64,000 nt of DNA, taken from Polyangiaceae bacterium (GTDB lineage Bacteria > Myxococcota_A > Polyangia > Polyangiales > Polyangiaceae). The notes beneath the pieces are model-generated. The model worked only from the letters and a program-made list of their open reading frames with translations. It had not been told where the DNA came from and made no database searches. The position numbers were made by a program, and so were the translations under genes. Shown here one piece after another: positions 9,589 through 18,800 of this stretch (positions are counted from its first letter, which is position 1; the number at the start of each line of letters is the position of its first letter). The stretch is from the NCBI GenBank assembly GCA_044376115.1, contig JBILLK010000014.1:96001-160000 (forward strand). The letters run 5' to 3'.

Positions 9589-10932
9589 TCAGCAGGCTCC
9601 GCGCAGAACGTTCAACGTCCAAGGCTCGCAGGAGGAGCCGCTGAAGTAGCGGACCTCAACGTTCACGTCGAAGGTATTGGAGGCGCCACCGCAGTCGTCC
9701 TCGCACCAAACGCTGATCACTTCATTGACGCCCGCTGCGTTGACCGACGTGAACGCTGGATCTGCTTGGCAGGCCGTGCCCGAAAGAATGAGGTCGTAGT
9801 CGACGCCGGCTGGGACAATGAGCTCAAACCGCATGCCGACATACGCGCAGCAGCTGCTGTCCTCGTAGGCCTCAATCGTAAAGAAGCGGCCGGTGGTTCC
9901 CTGCTCTGTGATGACCGGGCCCTCGCACGTGCCACCCAAGAAGCAGCCGAGTCCGTACACCGCATCCGAGTCCACGCTGCCTAGAAACTCACCGGGAGCA
10001 CTATTCGAATGGCCGGGATGAGAGGTCTCGCAACCGTTCGCACTCGAGCCGTCGCAGTTGGAGAAGCCAGGGTTGCAACCGGAAAGGACGCAGCCTCCGT
10101 TTTGACAAGTAGCGAGCCCGTTCGCCGCGTTGCACGCCCCTTCGTTGACGTTGCCATCACAGTCTTGGTCGAGTGCGTCGCAGGTCTCTGTGCCTGGCAC
10201 GACCTCGCCCATGCAGGCGGACCATTGACCCGAGACGCAGGTTTGCGTGCCGGTCTTGCAGCTGCCCGTTCCAGCCGTGCCCATCGGACCGGTGTAGCAA
10301 CTTTGCGTCGACCCGTTGGTGCAGGTGCAGCCCTCATCGACGGTACCGTCGCAGTCGTCATCAACGCCATCGCAGTCCTCGACGGCGTCGGGCGGCGGGA
10401 GGGGGTCGCAATGCGCAATGGCTCCGTCTACGCACTCCTCGGTGGTGTTGGCGCAAACGCCTTGACCGCAGCTGAGCGTGCCGAACCCGTCGTCTGCGAC
10501 GCCATTGCAATCGTCATCGAGGCCGTTGCACACCTCAGCGACCGGCAACACTTCACCGTCGCACTCGGCTCCCCACTTGCCGTCATCGTTGCAGACGGAG
10601 CTTCCTGCTGCGCACTCACCGATGCCTTCGAGCTCCGGCACGCCAGAGAAACAGGGAGCGACGTCCCCTGGTGTGCACTCACAGCCGTCATCGACCGTGC
10701 CGTTGCAATCGTTGTCGATGCCGTCCCCACAAGGGTCTTCAGCGATGCAGCCACCCCCTTGGCCGGCAACGCCGGAACTCGTGGTGTTGCCCCCCGAGCC
10801 GCTGCCTCCACCGCCCTCCGGACGCACGCCGCCGTCCTCGGTTCCGGTCGAGACCGAACCGTCATCAACGACGTCGGTGGTGGCGCAGGCGACAATCCAA
10901 GGAGCGAGGATCAAGCAGGTTCGAAGGTTCAC
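9589..10932 (-). CDS. Cys-rich repeat lipoprotein (myxobacterial MopE-like C-[ND]-G-x-D-[DN]-D-C-[ND]-G repeats)
   Basis: Lipobox-like LILAPWIVAC, Gly/Ser linker, four C.G.DDDC.G..D[DE]-type repeats. Probable GTG start at 10932. Confidence 0.75.
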   Translation of the reverse strand: MNLRTCLILAPWIVACATTDVVDDGSVSTGTEDGGVRPEGGGGSGSGGNTTSSGVAGQGGGCIAEDPCGDGIDNDCNGTVDDGCECTPGDVAPCFSGVPELEGIGECAAGSSVCNDDGKWGAECDGEVLPVAEVCNGLDDDCNGVADDGFGTLSCGQGVCANTTEECVDGAIAHCDPLPPPDAVEDCDGVDDDCDGTVDEGCTCTNGSTQSCYTGPMGTAGTGSCKTGTQTCVSGQWSACMGEVVPGTETCDALDQDCDGNVNEGACNAANGLATCQNGGCVLSGCNPGFSNCDGSSANGCETSHPGHSNSAPGEFLGSVDSDAVYGLGCFLGGTCEGPVITEQGTTGRFFTIEAYEDSSCCAYVGMRFELIVPAGVDYDLILSGTACQADPAFTSVNAAGVNEVISVWCEDDCGGASNTFDVNVEVRYFSGSSCEPWTLNVLRGAC

Positions 10933-11011
10933 GTTGGCGCTCGTGTAGGCAAGTTCGGCGCCAACGTCAAAGCCCCAGTTTATGCCTGCTTCGAAGTCTC
11001 CACGCGCGGGG

Positions 11012-11076
11012 TGGATCCTCCCATCTGGATCCACCGAAGGGTGCACGTGGATCCACCAAAGGGCCTGTTGGATCCA
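11012..11076. repeat. Four TGGATCC(A) palindromic units, the last three spaced 22 and 21 bp
   Basis: Cores at 11012, 11026, 11048 and 11069; two units extend as TGGATCCACC(G/A)AAGGG. Confidence 0.7.
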
Positions 11077-11094
11077 GCGACGACTACGAGCCGT

Positions 11095-14000
11095 CTACTC
11101 GGCTGCCACGGTTGCGCGCTTGGCCTCTTGAATCAACTGATCACGCTCAGCGCGACGTTTCTCGAATGCTGCCAGCGCCGCCAACGGGAAGTAGCTCTTG
11201 TAGAGAGAGTAGTCGAGCAGCGCCGTGTGGAAGAACACCCCGTGCGGCTCCTGACGCGGCCACTCACCGCTGCCCAATTGCGTGCGCGCCAAGAAGCGAG
11301 CCGCCCGATCCAAACAATCCCAGTCGGGCTCCGAGGCCAACAACAAGGCGTTGAGTGCCCAAGCCGTCTGCACCACTTGGCCCTCTTCTGACTCCACATA
11401 GGACGTGGTGTGCGGCGCATGACGTTCGCCCCAGCTGCCATCGGGCTTCTGGTGTGCACGCAACCACGCGGTGGCCTTCTTCACAGCGGGATCTGTCGGG
11501 GGAACTCCGGCAGCAAGCAGCCCGCGAAGACCGAACAGCGTGCCGTAAACATAGTGAACGCCCCACGCGCCTTGCCAACAGCCCTCAGGCCGCTGAGTCG
11601 AGCGCAACCATGCGACAGCCTGGTCAATCACCTGCGGCAACTCGCTCAAGCTATTGCGTCGCAACAGATGGGGCCGCTTCGTGCGCACGAGCGCAAGCAT
11701 CGCAATGCAGGAGGCGGTGCACTCCACGTAGCTCCGCTCCGTCATGTGGTCCCCAAACAGTTCAGCCGGGTTGAGCCATTCGAGTGAGGGCCACGGCCGA
11801 GTTGGCTCGTAGGAGCCGAAGCCGCCGTCTTTCCCGCGCGCGCGCAGGATGAACTCGGCAGCGCGCTCCACCGCGAGATCGCTTGGACCCTCGCCGAAGG
11901 GCGAAGCAAGCCGCGCGACCATCGCCTCTGCGGTGGCGTCACTGAGCGGCCAGCCCTGCGAACGGAAGGAGACTGCGTAGCCGCCGCGCGGATCGATACG
12001 GTGGTGATGCGCGAGGTCCGCGGGTGTCTCGGTGATCTGCTGCGCCGCAAGAAAACGCTCGGCCAGTAGCAGCGCTTTGCGGTCCTCGACGTCGGCCGAA
12101 TCCACCGCGGCGAGCGCCTGCGCCGCGAGGGCGGTGTCCCAAACTGCCGAGCGTGCACCGGCCACCCGGGTCCCACTGCGGTCATCTTCCCAAAGCCACC
12201 CCTCAAACTGCCGCACCGCCTTGGCAACGTCAGCATCGTCGGGATCGGCTGAATAGAGCGCGAGCGTTGAAAGCAGCCCGCTCAGCGCCGAGATGGACGC
12301 GTGGTTGGAGGTGGTGAGCTCCCAACGAATGTCTTCACGGATGGTCGCGAGCGTCTTCTTGCGCCCTCGTTCTGTTTGCAGCTTGTCCACCAGGCGAACG
12401 AGCTCATAACCGACCTTGAGCACAGCGCCCGGAACCTCATAGAGGTCCTCGCGCCGCACCTGATTGCGGCTCGCTGCGAAGTCCACGTTGGCAAAGCCCT
12501 CTGGAAATAGCTCTGCCCGAAGCTCCTCGATCACCGGCGAAAGCGCGACCTGGAAACGCTCGCCGTAAAGGGCCGCCATGGCTGAATAGGTGACCCGCGT
12601 GTGGCTTTGGAACCGCGACGGGTGGATCGGCAAGCCACTCGGTAGCGCCCACAGTTCCGGGATCACCGGGTTTACGCCTTCCCAGGCGTAGAGCGAGAGC
12701 ATGGCCAACCAGAACTTGCCCCACGAAGGAACGGAGGTTGCTCCGCCCTCGCGCACGATGAACTGCCGTGCGCTCGCCAACGTCGTTGCGTCTGCGCTAC
12801 AGCCGAGCAGCCTGCTCGCAACGTAGACCAGCGTGGTGACGAACAAGCTCGGTTCGGAGACCTCAGACAGGCCCCAGGTTCCGTCGTGCAGCTGGGTACG
12901 CTCAAAGTGCTGGAGGAGCCGCTTGCGGCGGGTTTCGTCGATGGGCAGGCCCATCATGTGCCACGCCAATACGTACTGAGCGGCGAGCATCGGGCACCAG
13001 ACCACCTCGCCTTCCCACGACCCATCAACGTCCTGAAGTGCCCGCAACGTCTTGCGGCCACGCTCGAGTGCGCGGGTGGGATCCCAACGATCGCGACCGG
13101 TGCGCGCAGCATGCTCGCGGGCGGAAGGCAGCTCCACCACGTCGGCTTTGGCCGTCGAAGCGCGCAAAGCGCCCGCGTAGCGCTCTTCACTCGGACGGGC
13201 CTCCTTGGTCTCCTTGTTGTCACCGCTTCTCGGAAGCTCCTTCGCCGGCCGGGCTTCAGTAAGGTGAAGCGCACCGGTAACGAGCCAACGAACGCGCGAA
13301 CCAATCTGCTCGGTGATCGACGCGACGTGAGACCACTGCGAAGTTGCAACGCCGCGACCAACCAAGCGCTTGGCAGCAAGCGCCATCGCCTTCGCGAACG
13401 AGCCACCGAAGGCGAGCGGCCGATGCTCGGTGCAGGCCAAAAAGCGCATCGTACGAAGACGCTCGGTTGGGCTCGTGCGCCACAGATCGTAGATGGCTCG
13501 GCGCAGCTCGACCACCTCATCGTGCGTGTCGGCGAAGACCTCGTAGAGCGCGATTGCAAGCATCTCGGGCACGCGACTCTCGATCGAGCGTTGCCTGCGA
13601 TACGCGGCAAAGCTCGAGGCTTCGGTGAGCGCTACAGCGTCTTGGAAGCCAAGCGTCATACCGAGGGCGGTGAGCGGGTGGTGATGACCAACGGCGTCCC
13701 CGACGAGCGCCAACCCCGGACGACCGAAGGCACACCGCGCGCGGGTTTGATTGGTGGCAAAGGAGATTTCTCCGTGAAGCAGCGCGCGACGGAAAGGCTC
13801 GCGCAGGCTCTTGGGCAGAGCGTACGCATAGCTCTCGTACAGCACAGCCTCCTTGTCCCGCGTGATCCGCAGCGAGAGCGGAACGTCGATGCACACGCGC
13901 ACGAGGTCCGCCGAAATGCGATAAATGAGCACGGGTCCGAGCGCGCCGAGAACGACGTGACCGTAGCCTTCAAACGGGAGATCCGTGTTCTCGAGGAGCA

Positions 14001-14547
14001 GGCCCGCCATGCGCGAGTACGTGCCCACGTTGCCACCGATACCAAGCGCTGCGTGAGCAACGCCGGAGCGGCCGGCCGCGCCGACGATCTGCTCGGCGAA
14101 GATGGTTTTGGTAGCGCCGGTGCGCGAGCTGAAGGTCAGGTTTTGACCGACGATGCGGGTCGCCTTGGCCGGCTCCTGGTAGTCGATCCGAGACTGCTTT
14201 TGCACGTGGTCGCGCAGGCGATCCACGAGCCGCTCGTGATGGAAGGACAGGCCGAAGGAGCCGGCAGCGTAGGGCAGAACGATGGGCGAGGTGCCATCGT
14301 CGGGGAAGACCACGAAGCCTTTGCCGGTGGGGTACGGACGGGAGGAGCCCATATCGACGCCGAGCCGCTGGATGATCTCGAGGCCAGCTGGGTGCAACCA
14401 CTCGCCCGCAAGCCGACCACAGGCCTTGGGATTGGCCTCCAACAGCAGAACCTCTGCGCCTCGAGCTGCATAAGCCAGCGCTGTAACGCAACCGACCGGT
14501 CCGGCGCCGATGACGGCGACGTCATACGAGCGGATGTCCCTTCGCAT
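11095..14547 (-). CDS. Squalene monooxygenase + oxidosqualene cyclase fusion (SQMO-OSC)
   Basis: N-terminal half: GAGPVG FAD motif, GEWLHPAG, GDA...HPLTALGMT. C-terminal half: QW repeats (QDVDGSW, QLHDGTW, QKPDGSW, QLGSGEW), VPSWGKFWL, GWPLSDATAE, YVECTAS. RBS AGGAG precedes GTG-ATG at 14550/14547. Confidence 0.92.
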   Translation of the reverse strand: MRRDIRSYDVAVIGAGPVGCVTALAYAARGAEVLLLEANPKACGRLAGEWLHPAGLEIIQRLGVDMGSSRPYPTGKGFVVFPDDGTSPIVLPYAAGSFGLSFHHERLVDRLRDHVQKQSRIDYQEPAKATRIVGQNLTFSSRTGATKTIFAEQIVGAAGRSGVAHAALGIGGNVGTYSRMAGLLLENTDLPFEGYGHVVLGALGPVLIYRISADLVRVCIDVPLSLRITRDKEAVLYESYAYALPKSLREPFRRALLHGEISFATNQTRARCAFGRPGLALVGDAVGHHHPLTALGMTLGFQDAVALTEASSFAAYRRQRSIESRVPEMLAIALYEVFADTHDEVVELRRAIYDLWRTSPTERLRTMRFLACTEHRPLAFGGSFAKAMALAAKRLVGRGVATSQWSHVASITEQIGSRVRWLVTGALHLTEARPAKELPRSGDNKETKEARPSEERYAGALRASTAKADVVELPSAREHAARTGRDRWDPTRALERGRKTLRALQDVDGSWEGEVVWCPMLAAQYVLAWHMMGLPIDETRRKRLLQHFERTQLHDGTWGLSEVSEPSLFVTTLVYVASRLLGCSADATTLASARQFIVREGGATSVPSWGKFWLAMLSLYAWEGVNPVIPELWALPSGLPIHPSRFQSHTRVTYSAMAALYGERFQVALSPVIEELRAELFPEGFANVDFAASRNQVRREDLYEVPGAVLKVGYELVRLVDKLQTERGRKKTLATIREDIRWELTTSNHASISALSGLLSTLALYSADPDDADVAKAVRQFEGWLWEDDRSGTRVAGARSAVWDTALAAQALAAVDSADVEDRKALLLAERFLAAQQITETPADLAHHHRIDPRGGYAVSFRSQGWPLSDATAEAMVARLASPFGEGPSDLAVERAAEFILRARGKDGGFGSYEPTRPWPSLEWLNPAELFGDHMTERSYVECTASCIAMLALVRTKRPHLLRRNSLSELPQVIDQAVAWLRSTQRPEGCWQGAWGVHYVYGTLFGLRGLLAAGVPPTDPAVKKATAWLRAHQKPDGSWGERHAPHTTSYVESEEGQVVQTAWALNALLLASEPDWDCLDRAARFLARTQLGSGEWPRQEPHGVFFHTALLDYSLYKSYFPLAALAAFEKRRAERDQLIQEAKRATVAAE

Positions 14548-14691
14548 CACGAATTCTCCTGACGTAGAAGCATGCTCATACCTGTTGTTGATAAAATAAG
14601 AAAACTTCTGACATGGGAAGCCCTGATCGCGCGAGGATGCGTGCTTCCCGCAGCCTCCTCGCCGCCACATCAGCGGCTGCGAGGAACGCCG

Positions 14692-15813
14692 CTACTCGCT
14701 CGGCTGTTCTTCGCGCCTTCGCAGGTTCAGCGGTTGCTTGGACAGCTTCTTCGCAGCTTCTCGTGCCAGATGCTGCTCCCACTTGCGGATGGTGAGGTTC
14801 TGGAAGGCGTGTACGGCCGGAGAGATTTCGGCGACCGGCTGGTCCCAATGACGCTCCCAACCCTCCTGCTCGGCCTCGCAAGCAACTGCGTCCTCGTTTA
14901 GGAGCGGCTTTACATGCAGCTCGTTGGCGGCCTTGATCAAGGGCACCATGAGCCGCTTGGGGAAGCGCAGCGGCAGGAACGGAACTCGGAAGCTCTTGAA
15001 GTGGAACAAGTAGAAGCTCTTCGTCGTGCGCTCATCGATCGGCACGTTGAAAAGCCAGTGCTTGATCGCGTCGTCGGTGTTCGACCACTGGTAGGGGTAC
15101 TGGTAGCCGAGCTTCATGTGATTGGTATCGACGGCGCGCCGGTCGACGAACATGCCCGTCACCTTCCCACCGCCGACCTTGGTGTCGTATTCGACGAACA
15201 CAGCGTCGTCGGTCGACTCGAGGTGGGTGAGCTTGGCTTCGCTGAACGGCTTGAACTTGCGATGCAGGTACTCGTGAGTGAAGTCGCTCACATTGTCGAT
15301 GATCATCGAGTGATGCGCTTTGATCGTGAACTCGACGGGCACACACGCCCAAGGCTCTGGCCCCTCCAAATCCGGAATCAGCGGGAGCGGAACCTTGGTT
15401 GAAGCTTCACGGTCACCAAAGAAGATCCAGACCAGGCCGTAGCGAACTTGGACGGCATAGGTCTTCAGCCTGCACTGCGGCACCTTCAAACCGAACAAGT
15501 CGTGGGGCACGTGCGCGAGCCGACCATCGGCGTCGAACTCCCAGCCGTGATACTGACAAACCACGCGCTCGCCACGCACCTCACCGATGGAGAGCGGCAA
15601 ATGACGATGGGCACAGCGGTCTTCAACCGCGCGTAGAGAGCCGCGCTCATCGCGATAGAGCGCGACATGGGTGCCCCAGAAGGTCACGCGCTTGATCTGG
15701 TTCTTGGCGATGTTTTTGTCGAACTCGACCGCGTACCAGTAGTTCGGGTCGAGCCCAGCAGCGCGAGCCTTCTCGCGCTTGTTGCTGGCATTCTCGAAGC
15801 TGGGAGGGCTCAC
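14692..15813 (-). CDS. Rieske non-heme iron oxygenase, probably sterol-modifying
   Basis: Rieske ligands CAHR...CQYHGW; mononuclear Fe motif DNVSDFTHEYLH and later NED. GTGA overlap with the upstream gene. Confidence 0.88.
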   Translation of the reverse strand: MSPPSFENASNKREKARAAGLDPNYWYAVEFDKNIAKNQIKRVTFWGTHVALYRDERGSLRAVEDRCAHRHLPLSIGEVRGERVVCQYHGWEFDADGRLAHVPHDLFGLKVPQCRLKTYAVQVRYGLVWIFFGDREASTKVPLPLIPDLEGPEPWACVPVEFTIKAHHSMIIDNVSDFTHEYLHRKFKPFSEAKLTHLESTDDAVFVEYDTKVGGGKVTGMFVDRRAVDTNHMKLGYQYPYQWSNTDDAIKHWLFNVPIDERTTKSFYLFHFKSFRVPFLPLRFPKRLMVPLIKAANELHVKPLLNEDAVACEAEQEGWERHWDQPVAEISPAVHAFQNLTIRKWEQHLAREAAKKLSKQPLNLRRREEQPSE

Positions 15814-18800
15814 GCGGCAGCTCCTTCCTTCTCTTTGGAGCTGGTCTCGGATGCCGCCGGGGGAATGCTCTCAACGCCACCGCGCGCTGGCCCCTGCGGC
15901 ACGAGACCGCGCTCGGCAAAGTGCGCGTAGGCCTCATGGATAGCCGAGCGCACGTCGGTGGGAGCGAACCCGAGTTCGATCTGGGCCTTCGACGTGTCCG
16001 CCTTCCGTTGCATGCGCAACAGCCGAACGGCAGCGGGCGTAAAGCGCAACGGCGTCTCCGGGAAGAACGTCGACATAAACAATGACGTCACCTCCGCGAC
16101 CCCAGCCATCAGCGTCGGCGGCAAGCGCAGCTTCGGTCGCGGCCGACCCGAGACCTCCTCGAAGATGTCCATCAACTCGTCCACGGTCACGAAGGCCGTC
16201 GACAGGATATAGCGTTGGCCAGTGCGACCTCGTTCGAGCGCGCCGATGTGACCGTCCACCAGGTCCTTCACGTTGACGAAGTCGAACCCCCCCGGGAGAA
16301 ACGCGCGAAGCTTGCCCTGCGCAAAGTCGATCAGCGTGCGGCCCATGCGCGACGGCTTGTAGTCCCAGGGACCAAGCACCGCGCACGACGTGGCGATCAC
16401 CGCGTCAACACCCTCCACGACCGCCTTGAGCGTTTCATGCTCGACCAACGACTTGGTGCGACCGTAGGGCAAGTGCTCGGCGAACGGGTAGAACGGCATG
16501 GTCTCATCGCAGGGCCTCGAGGGGTCCTCCATGTCGAGCCCCACCGCAGAGAGCGACCCCGTAACCACCGTGCGCTTGACGCCCGCTTCACCAGCTGCCC
16601 GCAGCAGATTGGCCGTGCCGAGCACGTTGCATTGATAGATGTCGAGCAGGTCACGTTCGTTGGCCGATGCCGTGGAAACGCGTGCAGCCACGTGGAAGGC
16701 AGCTTCACATCCGCGAGTTGCCGCAAGCGCTGCGGCCGGTTGCCGCAGGTCTCCGAACACACGCTCGACCTTACGTCCGAGCGCAGCCTCGATCGCATCG
16801 ATCGCGTCGTTGTTGCTGCCCTCTCGCAAGAGCACACGCACGTCACGGTCTTCCGAAAGAAGCCTGTAAACGAGGTTCGCTCCCACGTGGCCAGCGGCTC
16901 CCGTCACGAGCACCTTTCCGCCGAACTCGCGCCGGGGTTGCAGGCCATACGTCTTCGGGGTGAACGATGTCGTCATCGGATCTCCTTCAAGGCCTCGCGT
17001 GGAGGCGTCATGCGAATTCGTCGTGTCGTGCCCCGAGTTGGCGCTCGAGAAAGCTCCAGCGGCGCCGCTCGGCCGCGCGGGCCGACCAACCACACCCGTG
17101 CGCGCGCGATCGAAGAGAGACGCCAACGCGCGATTGGGGTCCGGAGCAGAGACGTCCCCGGTCGCAACCAAAGCGTCCTCGAATACGCGCATGACCAACG
17201 CACGCGAAACGGTAGGTGCACGGCCTTGCCTGAGGGCGTCCTCCCCCAACTCCACCTCACGCAGCGTGGCGAGCGCCAACGCGAGCGGTACAGCACAGAA
17301 CAGCCGCACTGGCGCCGCTTGCACAGGCCACAAGAGCGTGTACTCCTCCGCCTGATCCAAGTGGAAACGAGCTCGAGTAGACAGGTGCCGAAGCAGGGCG
17401 AGCCCCTTCGATCGTTCTGACGGCACGAGCAGGTCCGCAAGCGCGATGCCGTGTGCCTCTGCCTCGGCTTGCGGCAAGAAACAGTCTCCCCGTTCAGCGT
17501 CTTCGGCGACGTCTTTCAGGATGTTCACCAGCTGAAGGCCCAGCCCGAAGCTGATAGCGCGCGCTTGCAGCTCTTTGCGGGCAGCGGGGGCCACCGGAAA
17601 AGAGAGGGCGAACAGCTGCGTCAGCAGCTCGCCGACAGTACCGGCAACGTAGTAGCAGTACTTCTCGAGATCGGGCAGCGTTCGCAGCCGCAGCCCCGCC
17701 TCTTCATCAGCGCGCTCGGAGTAGGCACGCATCCCCTTCGACATCTCGGCCACCGAGGGGAAGATGGCGGCTCTCTGCTCGGCGGGGAGGCTTGCAAAGA
17801 CGCGGAAGCTCGCGCCTGCTCGATCGCAGAGCAGCCGCTCATGAGGCTTGGGACCGAGGCCTGCTGCTGCGCTCTTCGCTTCAAACTCCGAGGCTGAAGA
17901 GGCGTCCCCTTCGGCTGCCCGCGCGAGCACTGCATCAAACGCATCAAAGAGAGCGCCGCGAACCGCGGGCGGCAAACGACGATCATCCTCGACCGTATCG
18001 ACGATGCGGCAAAGCAGGTACGCGACCCCGATAGCGTCACGCAGCTCCAACGGCAGCGCCTGAATCGACAGGGCGAAGGTGCGTGAAACCGAGGGCAGGA
18101 TCTCTGAGCAAAACGCTTGGTCATTCTCATCCGCCAAACGCGGTCCAGCCACCGGGGACGCCGGCGGGCTCGCTTCAGCGGTTGCCGCTTTTGGGCAGGC
18201 AGCGCTGACCTCCACAGGTGCAGCGCCGCTTCGGAGTTCGGCGAGGGCAGACTTCGCCGCTTCGAGGTTCACCGTCTTGCGGTCTGCGATGGCGCTCGCG
18301 ACCCGGGCGATCTCGGACTCATCTGCACCGGCTTGAAGCGCAATGTTACGTGCGTGCAGACGCATGTGACCGCTTTGAATGCCCTCCGCGGAGAGCGCTC
18401 GCAACGCCGACAGGTTCTGAGCGAGTCCGGCCGCCGTGACCACGGCCGCGAGCTCGGACGTCGAAGCGAGATCACAAAGCCGACGATTGATTTTGACCGT
18501 GGGGTGCACGTTGACGACGCCACCGACGGTGCCGACGGCCATCGGCAAGGTCATGCGGCCGACCAAGAAGTCGCCCTCGTGTCGCCAGCGAGCGAGCGCG
18601 GTGTAGCGACCGCGACGAGCCGCGAAGGCGTGAGCCCCCGCTTCGATCGCGCGCCAATCTTGGCCCAGCGCGATGAGCACCGCGTCCACCCCGTTCATGA
18701 TGCCCTTGTTGTGCGTGGCTGCGCGATACGGATCTCGCTCCGCAAACACGCTGGCCTCTTCGATCGCCTTCGCGAGTTCGCGACCACCACCGGTGCCCTT

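Noticed and set aside
11012..11076. Possible CRISPR mini-array
   Set aside because: Repeats and spacers far too short, and no cas genes; kept only as a regulatory-repeat candidate.
10009..11391. 460-aa plus-strand ORF
   Set aside because: Antisense to the Cys-rich lipoprotein and the OSC end; no recognisable domain.
11095..13090. Squalene-hopene cyclase (hopanoid) interpretation
   Set aside because: No DxDD motif, OSC-type motifs present, and fused to a squalene epoxidase.
12886..14562. 558-aa plus-strand ORF
   Set aside because: Antisense shadow of SQMO-OSC with no motifs; expected from GC-biased codon use.
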